Part shown: in pieces, positions 27,891 through 41,841 of the stretch | How the letters are laid out: each line of letters starts with the position of its first letter | Position numbering within the stretch: the first letter of the stretch is position 1 | From: Eledone cirrhosa | Taxonomy: Eukaryota | Direction: 5' to 3' | Assembly: GCA_964016885.1 (NCBI GenBank) | Contig: OZ024747.1 | Location: 36,394,001-36,458,000 of the forward strand | Length of the DNA: 64,000 bases | The notes under the pieces: generated by a model | Seen by the model: the letters and a program-made list of their open reading frames with translations, nothing else | The model's database searches: none | What the model was told of the DNA's origin: nothing | Program-made: the position numbers and the translations under genes

Positions 27891-30145
27891 CACAAGACAG
27901 GGAATAGAAACCGATAGTAATAAAAATTATCAATCTTACTAGTGCAGAACCAACACCCAACCTTATCAACTTACTCTCCAAAGGTCTTAAATTGACACCG
28001 ACCCCACTACGTCCTAACTACTATGAAATGAAGGAAGACATCACAGACTTCTGTAGAAAGTTACGACTTAGTGAACAAGGATGAATCATTAGCCAGAAAT
28101 AGAAGCAATTACACCCCTTCAAAAGGTAGAAATAAAATCCTGTGAACACATCACAAACTTCCCTTACCAACACTTGCACAGACAAAAACACAAGCCAATC
28201 CTCAACAAGAAAAAATGGGACGAATTAAATAGATTAAAAAGCGACAGAACCATTACAATTAAAGAGGCTGATAAAGGGAGTACAGTAGTCCTAATGGAGA
28301 CAGAATTCTATATCAACTTAGCGCTCTTCACTTTGGAAAACGAAACATACTACGAAAAGGCTGAACACTACAATCAACAGAAAATTATGAGAAACCTGAA
28401 AACTCTAATCAACCGATACAAAGAAGGACTCACTAACAAGGAATTCAGCTTCATCACAGACTTCACAAATAAATCCAGCCTTTTCTACAGTATCCCTAAA
28501 GTACATAAAAGCGAATTAATAAGTAAGGCATGCAAGGAAGCCACAGCCATAGTCATCAATGTCCCCTCACCCAATGATCTCAAATTAAGACCTATAATAG
28601 CAGGCCCCGCTTGTGAAACCCACCGCCTTAGCAACTTCATTGATATCCTTCTCAAGCCCTTTCTCAAACACATCAAAAGCTATATAAGGGACGATCTAGA
28701 CATGCTCAATCACCTCCCTAATATGCCACTTACTGAACAAGCCCTACTAGTGACGTTCGATGTAGTCAACCTATACTCCAACACCCCCCACAACCTAGGA
28801 ATAGAAGCTATCCAATTTTGGCTGGATAATTACCACAATGAACTCCCACAACGCATCAAAAAAGAATTCGTGATAGAGGGACACAAATTTATCTTGGAGA
28901 ACAATTACTTCGTTTTCAATAACAAACCCTATAGGCAGAAATCTGGGACCGCTATGGGAACGAAAACAGCCCCCACTTATGCCAACCTAGTCATGGGATA
29001 CCTGGAAATCACCCTCTACACTAAAGTCCTAAACAAATTTGGAAACACTCTCCACATACACATTGAAAGGAACTGGAAGCGATATCTAGATGACTGCTTC
29101 ATCCTTTGGCACGAAAACATCGAAAAACTTAAAGAATTTCACACCCTTATAAATGCGCTCAACACGAATATTAACTTCACGATGGAATACAGCCATCAAC
29201 AACTCCCCTTCCTCGACATCCTCATTAAGATCCATAACAAAAAAATAGAAACAGACATATACTACAAGCCCACAGACTCCAAGCAATATCTTCCTTTCAA
29301 CTCTTGCCACCCTAGACACGTTAACATTAATATTCCCTACAACTTAGCCAAGAGAATCTGTACTATAGTCTCCAATAAAAATACTTGCTACTTACAGCTA
29401 CAAGAACTAAAGGACACACTCATAGGCAGGGACTACCTTGCATCACTAATTGACAATGGAATCCAACGTGCCCTAAAACTCAGTACCCAGGATCTTAGAC
29501 ACCCTAAAGTAAATCAACCGAAACTAAAAGCTCTTCCATACATCTCCACACACAACCCCCTCAACAATGAGGCCTTTGATACCATCCTCCAGAACATCCC
29601 TGTGTTGAAAAAGGACCATAGAATGAACCAAATCCTACGAACACACGATATCATAAAGAGCAAAAGACAATCTAAGTCAATGAAAAACATCCTATCACAT
29701 GCCAAAGTACTGCCAACCACAACAACGAAATCCACAGTAAAAGAAATGCGATAGACCCAACTGTGGCATTTGCATCAACCTAATAGAGGGTTCGGAATTC
29801 TATTTCAAAGAAGGACAACGTTTTATAGTAAAACACAATTTCACATGTGCATCGGAAAATCTAATATATGTATTAACTTGCTCAGGTTGTCGAGAACAAT
29901 ACATAGGCCAGACCAAAAACAGCCTCCGCCAACGCATGACTGTCCATAGAGCCCAAATTAAAATACGGGAATACAGGAAAATACCACTGAGTGAACACAT
30001 TGATACATGTGCCGCCCCAAATCATCCCAACTTCAGAATCTTTCCCCTCTACAAATTTAAAGATAATGCCACCCACACCCAGCGCATCAGCAAGGAATCT
30101 TACTTTATTAACAAATACGGACCCCGTCTAAACACTTCACCCTAA
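27857..30145 (+). pseudogene. PLE reverse transcriptase and GIY-YIG endonuclease, disrupted
   Basis: IINL...LLSKGLK, IKEADKG, PKVHK, LRPII, FDVVNLY, GTAMG, RYLDD, LPFLD; after a frameshift near 29745, CDRPNCGIC...FTCASENLIYVLTCSGCREQYIGQT...LN. Confidence 0.95.
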
Positions 30146-30252
30146 GACGAACCCACAACATACACACGTCAACATACATACAGCACACATCTCTACCCAC
30201 ATATAAACACAATGACATACGTAAACACACATGTTCTATGGTGCAACACAAA

Positions 30253-30348
<96 letters not shown>

Positions 30349-31289
30349 ATATATGTATATATATATATATAGTGAATATCATTTCACACCTTTTATTGTT
30401 AAGATTTTTGATGTTCTATTGAGAGAATCGATTTTACTGAAAATATCGAATAATGTACACCATTTTACCAGGGGGAAAAAATACTGCTCCACCCACACAC
30501 ACACACACACATTCTCACACACACGCACAGACACATATACACACACACACACGCATACACATACACACGCGTACATTAACATACAAAGAGACTTATATAC
30601 ACACACACACACACACACACTTCTCCGTATAAGACAAAAGCTGAAAAATATCTTGCTAAATCCCCCCCCCACACTCCTTACAGACACATTCCAACTGACC
30701 ATCCCGCTAACACGAATTACTCTGCTATACACACACACACACACACACACACTTATCTTAATAGCCATTTGAACTGTCAACAGGCTGCTGTCCGAACACA
30801 CATCCCTGCTAACCATTATCACAACATCGAACACTTTACTACTACTACGTACACATACACAAACACACATATTTGTTGTGAAAGAGTCATTTCTCAGTCT
30901 TGGCGCAAAATCAATTTTTTACATTCACATGACCTCTACCAACCAATCAAAATTGTTTTGACCACAAGAATTTTTGCAACACCAAGTAGCGCTGGAGCCA
31001 ATTTTTAACATAAAAAGAGGTAGAATTCCCAAAACTAATCAGATCAGAGTTAAGAACACGGACGCTCTATCTCAAAATTATTTTTGAAAAGTATTTAGAA
31101 ATGCCCAACCGGTAAAAACTTAACACCACAACTGAATACTAACCAATACAATTACTAATACTCTTATTCCTAATTAAACTATTTTTCAACTGTGAACAAT
31201 TTGTCAGCATTTTCTATTCCGTTTACCAATATATAATAACTTGTGTGTTACACCTCTATTCTTTTAACTATATATATATATATATAGTT

Positions 31290-31800
31290 TTAATATAGAT
31301 GAGATTCTACAGGTCTAGAACTGTTTTATTCTTTAGAAATCATCAGGAATCTGGGTACCCAAAATTAAAAGTCGTAAATATAGGTCTTTTCATGTAGTAG
31401 AAGAGGGTGGGGAGTTGGATGGATAGAGGTCATTGGTTGATAGAAAAGGGAATTCATTAAAAGCTAATTCTTTAAAGCTATAATTTATATTTAGAGTGAC
31501 AAAGGCAGAAAGAATTCTATAAACAAATTCAAATTGGGGTGTCACTCCTTATTTCTAAATTTCGCTTAAGCCAACAATGCCTATATTTCAGGTGTCTATA
31601 AGATCGTCGGGCGTCGGTCATGGTTGAAGGATTTAAAGAATAGGGAAATTCTTTAATAGCTAATTCTTTAAAGTTCTACTTAGAGTGACAAAGGCAGAGA
31701 GAATTCTATAGACCATGTCAAAATATTGGGTGCCTACCATATCATTATCTTCAAATTTCTCTTAAGCTATATTCCAGGTGTCAACAGACACATTCACAAA
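31290..31800 (-). mobile_element. ORF-less PLE-type repeat (inverted partner of 34470-35060)
   Basis: Reverse complement resembles 34470-34985. HHR relic at 31303-31351 (GATTC-CTGATGA...CCTGTA-GAATC). Confidence 0.8.
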
Positions 31801-31966
31801 CACACACACACACGCCCCCCACCACCACACATATATGTATATATAAATATAAACACATATATATATATACATACATATAAACAATAACATATACATACAT
31901 ACACACACATATATATATACATATATATATACACAGACATACATACATATACACACATAAATATAA

Positions 31967-32087
<121 letters not shown>

Positions 32088-32159
32088 TATGTACATGTAT
32101 ATACATATATGTATACAGACGTATGTATATATATATACATACACGCACACATATATATA

Positions 32160-32540
32160 TGTACGTATGGATTCACCGAACATTTATTATGATGCTCGGT
32201 GTCTTTGTAAACAAACATCCCGTATTAAGCCGTAGTGTCCAGCAACCATCGTTGCTCGTTTGTTCAACACTGACAAAGGAACGCTGTACTAGTTTCAAGC
32301 TTATTAGCTATCGTCAGCAACGTATACCTTCCTGCCAGATTGTTGAACGTATATACTTACCTTATGCATATTAACGGCTGAGTAGCTCAATTTGCATATC
32401 GAGTGGGTCAATCGGCCGGGTGCCCCGAAAACGATAAACGGAAAAAATGAAACGAAATTTCATTTCCCACTCTTAGTACGGCTGTTACTTAAATATAAGT
32501 ATGTACACGTACATATATATATGTATACAGACGTACAGTA
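32160..32540 (-). mobile_element. ORF-less PLE-type repeat with HHR at 32282-32322
   Basis: On -: CGTTG-CTGACGA-TAGC-taataa-GCTT-GAAAC-TA-GTA-CAGCG. Homologous to 33020-33445 and 45625-46380. Confidence 0.8.
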
Positions 32541-33019
32541 GTATGTATATATATACATACACGCACATATATTTATGTATATGTGTGCGTGTTTTCGTTG
32601 TTGTAAAAATTTTACAAACTTTCAGAGGGAATATACATACCTACACATATATATGCTGACTTCTGAAATAATAATTTCCGAAGACAGCATATATATGTGT
32701 AGGTATGTATATTCCCTCGGATAGTTTGTAAAATGTTTACATAGATTTATATGATATACATACCAACACACACATATATATCCTAGAAACAATCGTAAAA
32801 TGATGAATTTTTTAATATAAGGAATTGTTTCTTTGTTTTTATTCGTTGTTTTTATTAATTTTTCTTGACTCTGTTTTCCTATGATTGTCCTCGAAAAGAT
32901 ATTTGAATACATCTTTTCTTTTCATGATATTTGGATTACAATGAGTTCTTCATACGGATTGGACATTACCGTATATTTTGGTAGATTTATCAACATATAT
33001 ATATATATATATATATAAG

Positions 33020-33067
33020 TATGTGTGTATACGTACATACATATATGTATACAGACGTACAGTAGCA

Positions 33068-33107
<40 letters not shown>

Positions 33108-33445
33108 CAGGTACACATACATATATGCACGTATCAGTTTAGCGGACGCTTATTATAACGCCACTTTGTTCGTTTGTAAACAAACTGAACAGCCTGAATG
33201 TTATGCCGTACGGTGTTAAGGCAACCACGTCACCTTTTTGTTCAACAATGACACAGGAACGATGTACTAGTTTTAAGCTTGTTAGCTATCATCAGCACCG
33301 TATACCCATCTGCCAGATAGTTTAACGTTCGAAAGTATATACTTTCCTTATGAATATTAACGGCTGAGCAGCCTAATTTGCATATCGACATACTTAGTAA
33401 GTGCCGTACTAAGAGTGAGAAATGAAATTTCGTTTTCATTTTATT
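33020..33445 (-). mobile_element. Second copy of the same repeat; HHR relic at 33260-33300
   Basis: Similar to 32160-32540; GAAA is mutated to AAAA. Confidence 0.75.
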
Positions 33446-33450
33446 TCAAC

Positions 33451-33487
33451 TTATATATATATATATATATATGTGTGTATGTGTATG

Positions 33488-33522
<35 letters not shown>

Positions 33523-33523
33523 G

Positions 33524-33554
<31 letters not shown>

Positions 33555-33577
33555 ATATGTGCGTGTGTATGTGTGTA

Positions 33578-33608
<31 letters not shown>

Positions 33609-33655
33609 GTATGATGTGTATGTGTGGTTTTGTGTATATATGTGTGTTATGTGTA

Positions 33656-33722
<67 letters not shown>

Positions 33723-33983
33723 GTGTGTATATATGTATGTGTAAATGTATGTATATGTATATATACATATATATATCTGTATGTGTATGTCTATATATGT
33801 ATGTATATATAGATATATGTATATATATATATACAAATATGTGTGTGTATATATATATATATATGTATATATGTGTGTATGTGTGTGTATGTATATATAT
33901 ATATATGTATATGTGTATATATGTGTGTATATGTGTGTATGTGTATATATATTTATGTGTGTATATATGTATATGTGTGTATA

Positions 33984-34018
<35 letters not shown>

Positions 34019-34071
34019 GTGTATATATATGTATATATGTGTATATGTGTATATATGTGTATTTATATATG

Positions 34072-34122
<51 letters not shown>

Positions 34123-34165
34123 GTATATATATATGTATATATATATATATATGTATATATATATG

Positions 34166-34220
<55 letters not shown>

Positions 34221-34223
34221 GTG

Positions 34224-34257
<34 letters not shown>

Positions 34258-34351
34258 TATGTGTGTGTATATGTGTGTACGTATATGTGTATGTGTACGT
34301 ATATGTGTATGTGTATATATATATATATATATATGTGTGTGTATATATGTG

Positions 34352-34445
<94 letters not shown>

Positions 34446-34446
34446 G
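33451..34446. repeat. 1-kb compound (TA)n/(TG)n microsatellite
   Basis: Direct reading; it produces the long spurious YI-repeat ORFs. Confidence 0.98.
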
Positions 34447-34469
34447 AGTGAGGGGGACTGCGCGTGTGT

Positions 34470-35060
34470 GTCTGTTTGTGAATGTGTCTGTTGACACCTG
34501 GAATATAGTGTAAGAGAAATTTGAAGATAATGGTATGATAGGCACCCAATATTTTGAACTGGTCTATAGAATTATTTTGGCCTTTGTCACTCCAAGTAGA
34601 ATTTTAAAGAATTAGCTTTTAAAGAATTTCCCTTTTCTTTAAATCCTTCAACCATGACCGACCCACAACGATCTTATAGACATTGAAATATAGGCATTGT
34701 TAGCTTAAGCGAAACTTAAAAATAAGGAGAGACACCCAATCTGAACTTGTTTATAGAATTCTTTCTGCCTTTGTCACTTTAAATATAAATTATAACTTTA
34801 AAGAATTAGCTTTTAATGAATTCCATTTTCTATCAACCAATGACCTCTACCCATCACCCTCCCCACCCTCTCCTACCACCTGAGAAGACCTATACATACC
34901 ACTTTTATACTTTGATACCCAGATTCCTCATGATTTCTAAAGAATGAAATAGCTCTAGTCCTGTAGAATATCATCTATATTAACACTTTTATACTCTGCT
35001 ATGTATTGAGTAACTTACTTACTGTGGTTACCTCCGATTCAACCCGGAATAACTTACGTA
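34470..35060 (+). mobile_element. ORF-less PLE-type repeat; HHR relic at 34922-34970
   Basis: Homologous to 10822-11310 and 48848-49190. Confidence 0.8.
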
Positions 35061-35299
35061 TATATATATATATAGGATAACAAAATATCGTTAAAGGTAA
35101 TCGGATAAGCGTCTGTGAAACCTACTTATCATGGACAGTTTAAGCGTACGGTGCTATGTGACTCAACAAGAGGTTTACTTGCGTGATGAGTTTATAGAGA
35201 ACTCTATCATGGAAACAATTGTTAGACTGTAAATAAATCTCCTTGTCTGTACTGTTAACCATGTTATTCTTCACTTTTTATATATATATATATATTGAA

Positions 35300-36003
35300 A
35301 AATATGTTTCAACATGTTAAAATACCCCCTCCCCACACATACACACACACAAACACACATTACTAGTGACCGATTCACATCCATTATCACAACAATGAAC
35401 CACGTTGCTACCCACACCCCCACACACACGTACACACACATTCCTACTGACCGATCCATTACCATTATCACAACAATGAACCACTTTGCTATACACAGAC
35501 GCACACACTCACATATTTGTCTTAATAGACACCTGAACTGTTGACCTCTCAACATGACTGCAACTCAATCAAGCAGAAAATGACACTCTTCGACAAACCT
35601 ACATTTGGCGCGAAACCAGTTCGCGCTAAAATCAATTCAAACATTCACGTGACTTCTACCGACCAATCAAAATTGTTTTGACTACAAGAATTTTGGCAAC
35701 ACGAATTGGCAGACATTTATACTGCTTATTCACGTGACATTCAACAACCAACCAAATCTTAATACCTCCCAAGCCACTTTTTTAAAACAGGAAGAATTTC
35801 CAAAACTGATCAGATTATAGAAAAAATTACGAGCACTCTATCTCAAAATTAATTTTGAAGAGCATAAGAAATGCGCAACCGGTAAAAACTGAAAACTAAA
35901 AGTGAATCCTAACTAATACTTATTACTAATTTATACTTATTCCTAATTAAACTATTTTTCACTGAGAAAAATTTGTCAGCATTTTCTTTTCCTTTTTACT
36001 AAT
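35300..36003 (+). mobile_element. Diverged solo pLTR related to the Neptune-type PLE
   Basis: Shares ACCAATCAAAATTGTTTTGAC, CTCTATCTCAAAATT, CAACCGGTAAAAACT and ATTTGTCAGCATTTTCT with 30770-31230. Confidence 0.8.
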
Positions 36004-36589
36004 ATATATATATATAATATATTTATATCTATATCTATAAAAATGAAAATGTCTGTGTTTGTTTATGTGTGTCTGTTCCGGAACAACTTTTGATCCGCAA
36101 GGCCGATTTTCAAATTTTCTTTTGTAATCAACTACAGATTTATCAGGACAGGTCGGTATGACTTTGTGAATGATCGAGTCCCCATTTCTCCAGGTAAAAA
36201 TTCGATAAAACTTACTATAGGTACTAATTTGCACAGAAAAAAACTATATCTATAAAAATGAAAAAGAAAGAGTGAGAGTGAAAGAAACAGACAGACTAAA
36301 AGAGGGGGATAGCGGGGGGGGGGGGGGAGAGAGAGCAACAGACGCTGTGTTTGATACATGACAGTGGAAGCTATAACTAATTAACATGTGTGTGTGTGTG
36401 TGTGTGTGTTCGTGCAGCGTTCCAGTAAGAGTTCAATCTATTAACATGTGTGTGTACGTGCACACGTGCATGCGTGAGTGTGCGTGCATGCGTTTGAGCG
36501 TTTGCGTGAGAGTGTGTGTATATAATGTATGTATTTATATGTATGTATGAGTTGTACACCTGGAATGTTCCCGTTTGAGGCCAAACCAA

Positions 36590-39415
36590 GGAGAACCCAG
36601 GACGCTATGACGTACGTGTGCGAGTACGGCAAAGCAGACCTATTTATTACTTTTACATGCAATCCTTCGTGGCAAGAAATTGCCCATGAACTCCTTCCAG
36701 GACAACAGCCCAGCGGTCGCCATGACCTCTCATCCAGAGTCTTCGCGCTGAAAGTATTCAAACTAATGCACCTTATCACAAAGAGCCAGGTATTTGGACG
36801 TGTGCAATGTTACATGTACACAATTGAATGGCAGAAGCGAGGACTCTTCCATGCTCACATTCTTATTTAGTTGTTGACAAAAAACAGAGCAGAAGACATC
36901 GACAAGATTATATCCGCAGAGCTTCCAACCCGCAAACTGACAAACCACTATTTGACAGGGTTACGGCGCACATGGTTCACGGTCCTTGTGGACGTGGCTT
37001 CAAATCTAACTCCCCGTGTTTGAACAATTGTATTTGCTCCAAAAAAATACCCAAAAGCCTTCCTTCGCGAAACTCAAACTGCTGATGACGGATAGCCATC
37101 ATACAGACGAAGAAGCTCTGGGGACGGAGGATTAACAGCACAGGTTGGAAAACATGAAATTGACAACCGATGGATTTTACCGTACTGCCCATTACTACTC
37201 AAGGTGTTCAACTTCCACATAAATGTTGAATGGTACAACTTTATTAAATCAATCAAATATGTATGCAAGTATATAAATAAGGGCCTGGATCCCGCCATGA
37301 TCGGGCTTAAAGAAGAAAGCAAACGGGATGAAGTTGCAGCGTACCAATCAGCACGATATATATCTACCAGCGAAGCATTTTGGCGAATTTACCGTTTCTC
37401 AATGCACAGAAGATACCCTGCCGTCCAACACCTTGCTGTGACCTGGAAACCGGCCAAAGAGTGTACTATACAAAACAAACAGCTTTTCTGAGGGCTCTGA
37501 AACCAAGGAACACAACTGTTACTGCATTCTTTCAACTATGTCAAGGCGACGCATTCGCTCGCACTTTGCTGTATCCCCAAGTCCCCTCTTTCTACAAATA
37601 GGAATAGTATTCATGGAAGCCAAGAATCAAAGGTGAAATCGTTGATGGTCATCTAGATTTTAACTTTGACAGCTGCTTGGCGCGAGGTTACACAGTGCCC
37701 CCTCATCTAACATGAATGTTACTACCTGAGTATGCTCTCCATGACATAAGCGGACCAACCAGTTTTCAACACCTAAGAACTGTTGACCAAATTTGCGACA
37801 CGTAAATAGAGGCCTGCCTCAGGCATGGACTACTGGAAGATGGTACTCAGCGGGATGCCACTTTGGCAGAAGCAGTTGTTTCACAAATGCCACACAGCCT
37901 TAGGAAGCTTTTTGCTGTCTTACTGTACATTTGTGAATTGCCCGATCATTCCTTCTTGTAGCTCAAGTACAGAGATGACTTCTCTGAGCACTTCAGACAT
38001 CAAGAACAATTACAACTTCCTGACATTGAAAGCACTACAACAAAGCACTTATTGAAATTGAAAATATGATTGGTGCAATGGGTGGGAATGCACTGCAGAC
38101 ATATGGCCTGCCCCAAACCAACAGAACAGGCTCCGACGTCATTTCCGCAGAAATACTTCGGGAACTATCCTACGTCACTGTCAGCTTGGCTACATATGTC
38201 ACTGAACATGAACCAATGCTGCTGTAGGAACAGGAACGAGCATATAACACTATTGCTGACTGTTTCCACCGTCGTACGGGACGAATTTTCTTCTTGGATG
38301 TCCCTGGAGGCACAGGGAAGACTTTTGTCATACGGCTTCTTCTTGCCTAGGTTCGACAACACAGACACATAGCACTTGCTGTTGCGTCTTCCGGTATTGC
38401 AGCAACCTTGCTTCCTGGGGACAGGACAGCACATTCAGCCTTCAAACTCCCCCTCAATATGACAGCAAATGACACACCCTGCTGTAATATTACCAAAGGA
38501 TCAGAAAAGGCAGAACTGCTTAAAAGGTGTGAACTTATAGTTTGGGACGAATGTACTATGCTCATAAAGGAACTTTGGAGGCACTGAACCTGACTTTAAG
38601 AGACATAAGAGACTCCCAGGATTCCATGGAAGGCGTGACTGTCCTTTTATCCGGAGATTTTAGACAAACCCTCACTGTTATTCCCAAAGGAACAAGGGCT
38701 GATACTATTCGAGCATGCTTAAAGTCATCTCCGCTTTGGCGTTATGTCACAACATTAACGCTCTCTACCAACATGAGAGCTCGGGTGCTTGGTGACCAAG
38801 TGTCATCAGATTTTGCTACCAACTTATTGACACTTGGTAACGGCAAAGTGCCACTTGTTGAAGAGGAAAAAATCTCCCTCGAACCGGTCTGCACTTTAGT
38901 CAACAGTGCTGACGACTTGGCTGATGCAGTATTCCCTGAGTTGAGCGCTAACTACCAAAATCCAAACTGGCTGTGCGAAAAGGCAATACTGGCTCCGAAA
39001 AATGAGATTGTCGACAAAATCAACGGACAACTGCTTAAGTCTCTTCCTCCAGCTTCGTGTATATACAAGTCCATCGATACAGTCACAGACCCCATTAACT
39101 ACCCAATTGAGTTTCTTAACTCATTGAACCCCTCCGGGTTGCCATCTCATCGATTAGAACTTAGGCAAGGATGCCCAATTATGCTTTTGAGGAATCTAGA
39201 CCCACCAAAACTCTGAAACTAACGCAAAACTTGATTGAGGTGACAATTATCTGGGGGTGTGGAAAGGGGGAAATGTTTTTATCCCAAGGATTCCCCTTTG
39301 TCTGTCAACATCAGATATCCCCTTTTCATTTAGTAGGCTCCAGTTTCCAGTTCGTTGTACTTTCGCTATGACGATAAATAAGTCTCAGGGGCAAACATTG
39401 TCCGTCGCGGGAATA
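36590..39415 (+). pseudogene. Helitron RepHel (HUH Rep and Pif1-like helicase), many stops and frameshifts
   Basis: DLFITFTCNP, IEWQKRGLFHAHILI, HMVHGPCG, HINVE...KYINKG, PGGTGKTF, VASSGIAATLL, WDEC, GDFRQ, PIMLLRNL, FAMTINKSQGQTL. Confidence 0.95.
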
Positions 39416-39419
39416 AACT

Positions 39420-39990
39420 GCCTTTTTGAAATTAATAACACCATACCTTTCGACTGTAAACGTTGTGACCACTTTGGGCTGCACGGTATTGAAATGCACG
39501 TTTCCCTCTGGTTGGTTGAGTCAGTTATCCATGGATTCGCCAGCGCGTGCAGCAGACGTTATTCACATGTCTTTGCTGCCGCAGTTGACGCTGTGTTTCG
39601 GTTGATACAGCTCAAAAAGCAGACGTTGACTCACAGTTCTTTGTTGACGCTGTGTTTCGGTTGATGCAGCTCGAGCTGCGGAAGTTTCCTCAGCATTTCT
39701 ATGCCGCCGTAATGAACGCTGTGGTTCGTTCACTGTATCTCCTGCAATAGTCGTTGCCTCAATATTTGCTTTCTGTCGCAGTGAGGGTTGAGAATCGTTT
39801 TCTGCACCTCAAGCAGCAGCAGTTGCCTCAGCATTTATTTGCTGGCGCATCGAACGTTGTGTTTCGTTTTCTGCATCTCGTGCAATAGAAGTTGCTTCAG
39901 AATTTTTCTTTTGGCGTAATAATTGCTATTCGTTATTCTCTGTTACTTTTGCAATCGAGGTTGGTGCAGAATTTGTGTTGAGGAATTTTA
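39420..39990 (-). pseudogene. Inverted 23-aa (69-bp) repeat coding relic, STPR-like, probably the RepHel N-terminus
   Basis: Minus strand reads NSEATSIARDAENETQRSMRQQI / NAEATAAA*GAENDSQPSLRQKA / NIEATTIAGDTVNEPQRSLRRHR / NAEETSAARAASTETQRQQR. Confidence 0.65.
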
Positions 39991-40456
39991 AGTGTCCTTC
40001 ATGTTTGGTCTATGTCACTGCAATCAGTCTAAGGAAAGCAACGTCACAGTTTCTATTGGTAGCCACAACTATACAGAATGGTAAGCATTTCAAACTACAT
40101 AAATCATTAGAATCCCTACATATGCGCAATGCATAACGAAAAATGTACATGTTTCTACTGTAGCAAACGTATGGCAGCCCCCTAATGTGTACCTTTCACT
40201 CAAAGTCGTCATAAATTATCTGCGTCATTCCGCAACGACTTCAGTCCCTGAATTGACAAAAATCCCACATTATTGTCATAAATTCCATGTGACTCACTTT
40301 GGGGTTGGTGACTTCCTTGTTTTTACATCGAACAACACATACTTCTTATGGTTAAAAATAAATGTTTTTTTGGTTTGGGGTTACGTTGTTTTCTCTTTAA
40401 AAAAATTATTTACTAATGGTAGACTTACACCCTGGCAACGCTGTGTATGGCTGCAA

Positions 40457-40598
<142 letters not shown>

Positions 40599-41572
40599 AG
40601 ATATATTTTTATATTCAATCATGCTGCCAATAAAAAGGCACAGGCGCCTGTTGCGTTTTAATTAAATGTATTATTATAATTTCCCAGTTGGTTAATTTAA
40701 TGAAGGACGGTTATGTAGTTGTTGATTGACATCAAAGCTCTTTCGTCACATATTCTATTACTTACTCAGTGAATATTTTTTGTGTCGATTTGTATCTTTC
40801 CATTGTTCTGAATTACACCACCTTCTTTCTGTGAGCTGTGGACTGGGCTGCGCATGCGTTCTATCAGGTTGTGCGTGCGTGTTTTATATTTTATTATTTT
40901 AATATAGCTAATTTTTTATTTTTTTTACGTTTATTTAATTAATTATTTCATCTCTTACATACTTGTCACTACTTGGTTATTCCAACATGTCAGAATAGAA
41001 CAGGGGTGCTTACTAGAGAATATCGAGATAAAGATTATATCTACACACAGATTAGATGAACCGATCCAATAGATTAATAAAGAAAAACACATAATGGTAC
41101 TCTGACCAAAATCAAATAGCAACCATGCGTTGAATAGCAACAAGTTTACAACGTAGTAACTAAGGACATTATAAAGATATATAGAGAAACATAAGAACTA
41201 AACTAATAAGATAAACCAGACACTAAAATAAAACAAGTAACTAGCTAGTGACAAGTAGGAAAGAGAGTACATAATTAAATAAACATATAAATAAATAAAT
41301 ACATAAATGTATATATGAATTAATTATACACACACACACACACGCACATACACACACACAAAACTCACGAGAATATAACGCATGGCGCTCCACCGATACC
41401 ACCAATCCAATAATGAATAAATGTGTCCAAGCAAGAATAGCATTTGTATGAATTAAGATTATACAGTGCCTGCGTCAATAATTATGCAACTTTTTCTTTA
41501 GCTAATTCTCCCTCGCCATTCTTCAAGGGATTATATCATTTCTAACGCCTTACAAAATACACACACACACTT

Positions 41573-41609
<37 letters not shown>

Positions 41610-41610
<1 letters not shown>

Positions 41611-41793
41611 TGTTTCCACTTTAGGCACAAGGCCAGCAATTACCCAGTGCATTACTGGTACTTTATTTTATCGACCCCGTAAGGATGAAAGGCAAAGTCA
41701 ACCTCGGCGGGATTTGAACTCAGATCGTAAAGGGTCGTAACTATGCTGGAAAGCATGGCGTCCGACCCTCTACCGATACTGCCAATCCACCGC

Positions 41794-41795
<2 letters not shown>
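41610..41795 (-). mobile_element. tRNA-derived SINE inside (TA)n
   Basis: Matches 861-1040 and 8813-8999. Confidence 0.9.

Positions 41796-41841
<46 letters not shown>

Larger units (their letters stand above)
25925..31270 (+). mobile_element. Near-complete Penelope-like element, Neptune-type
   Basis: Inverted pLTR segment 25925-26399, direct pLTR end 26400-26552, coding region 26579-30145, 3' pLTR about 30770-31270. This is the typical PLE layout; (TA)n on both flanks. Confidence 0.93.

Noticed and set aside
33422-34549. Long ORFs up to 341 aa, and many similar YI/CV/HT-repeat ORFs across the window
   Set aside because: They are translations of stop-free dinucleotide microsatellites.
35180-35230. 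TGATGA...ATAGAG/CTCTAT...GAAACAATTGTT possible HHR
   Set aside because: C3 is absent and helix I cannot be formed; at best a relic.
37081-37115. CTGATGA motif
   Set aside because: It lies within Helitron coding sequence, with no matching GAAA or helices.
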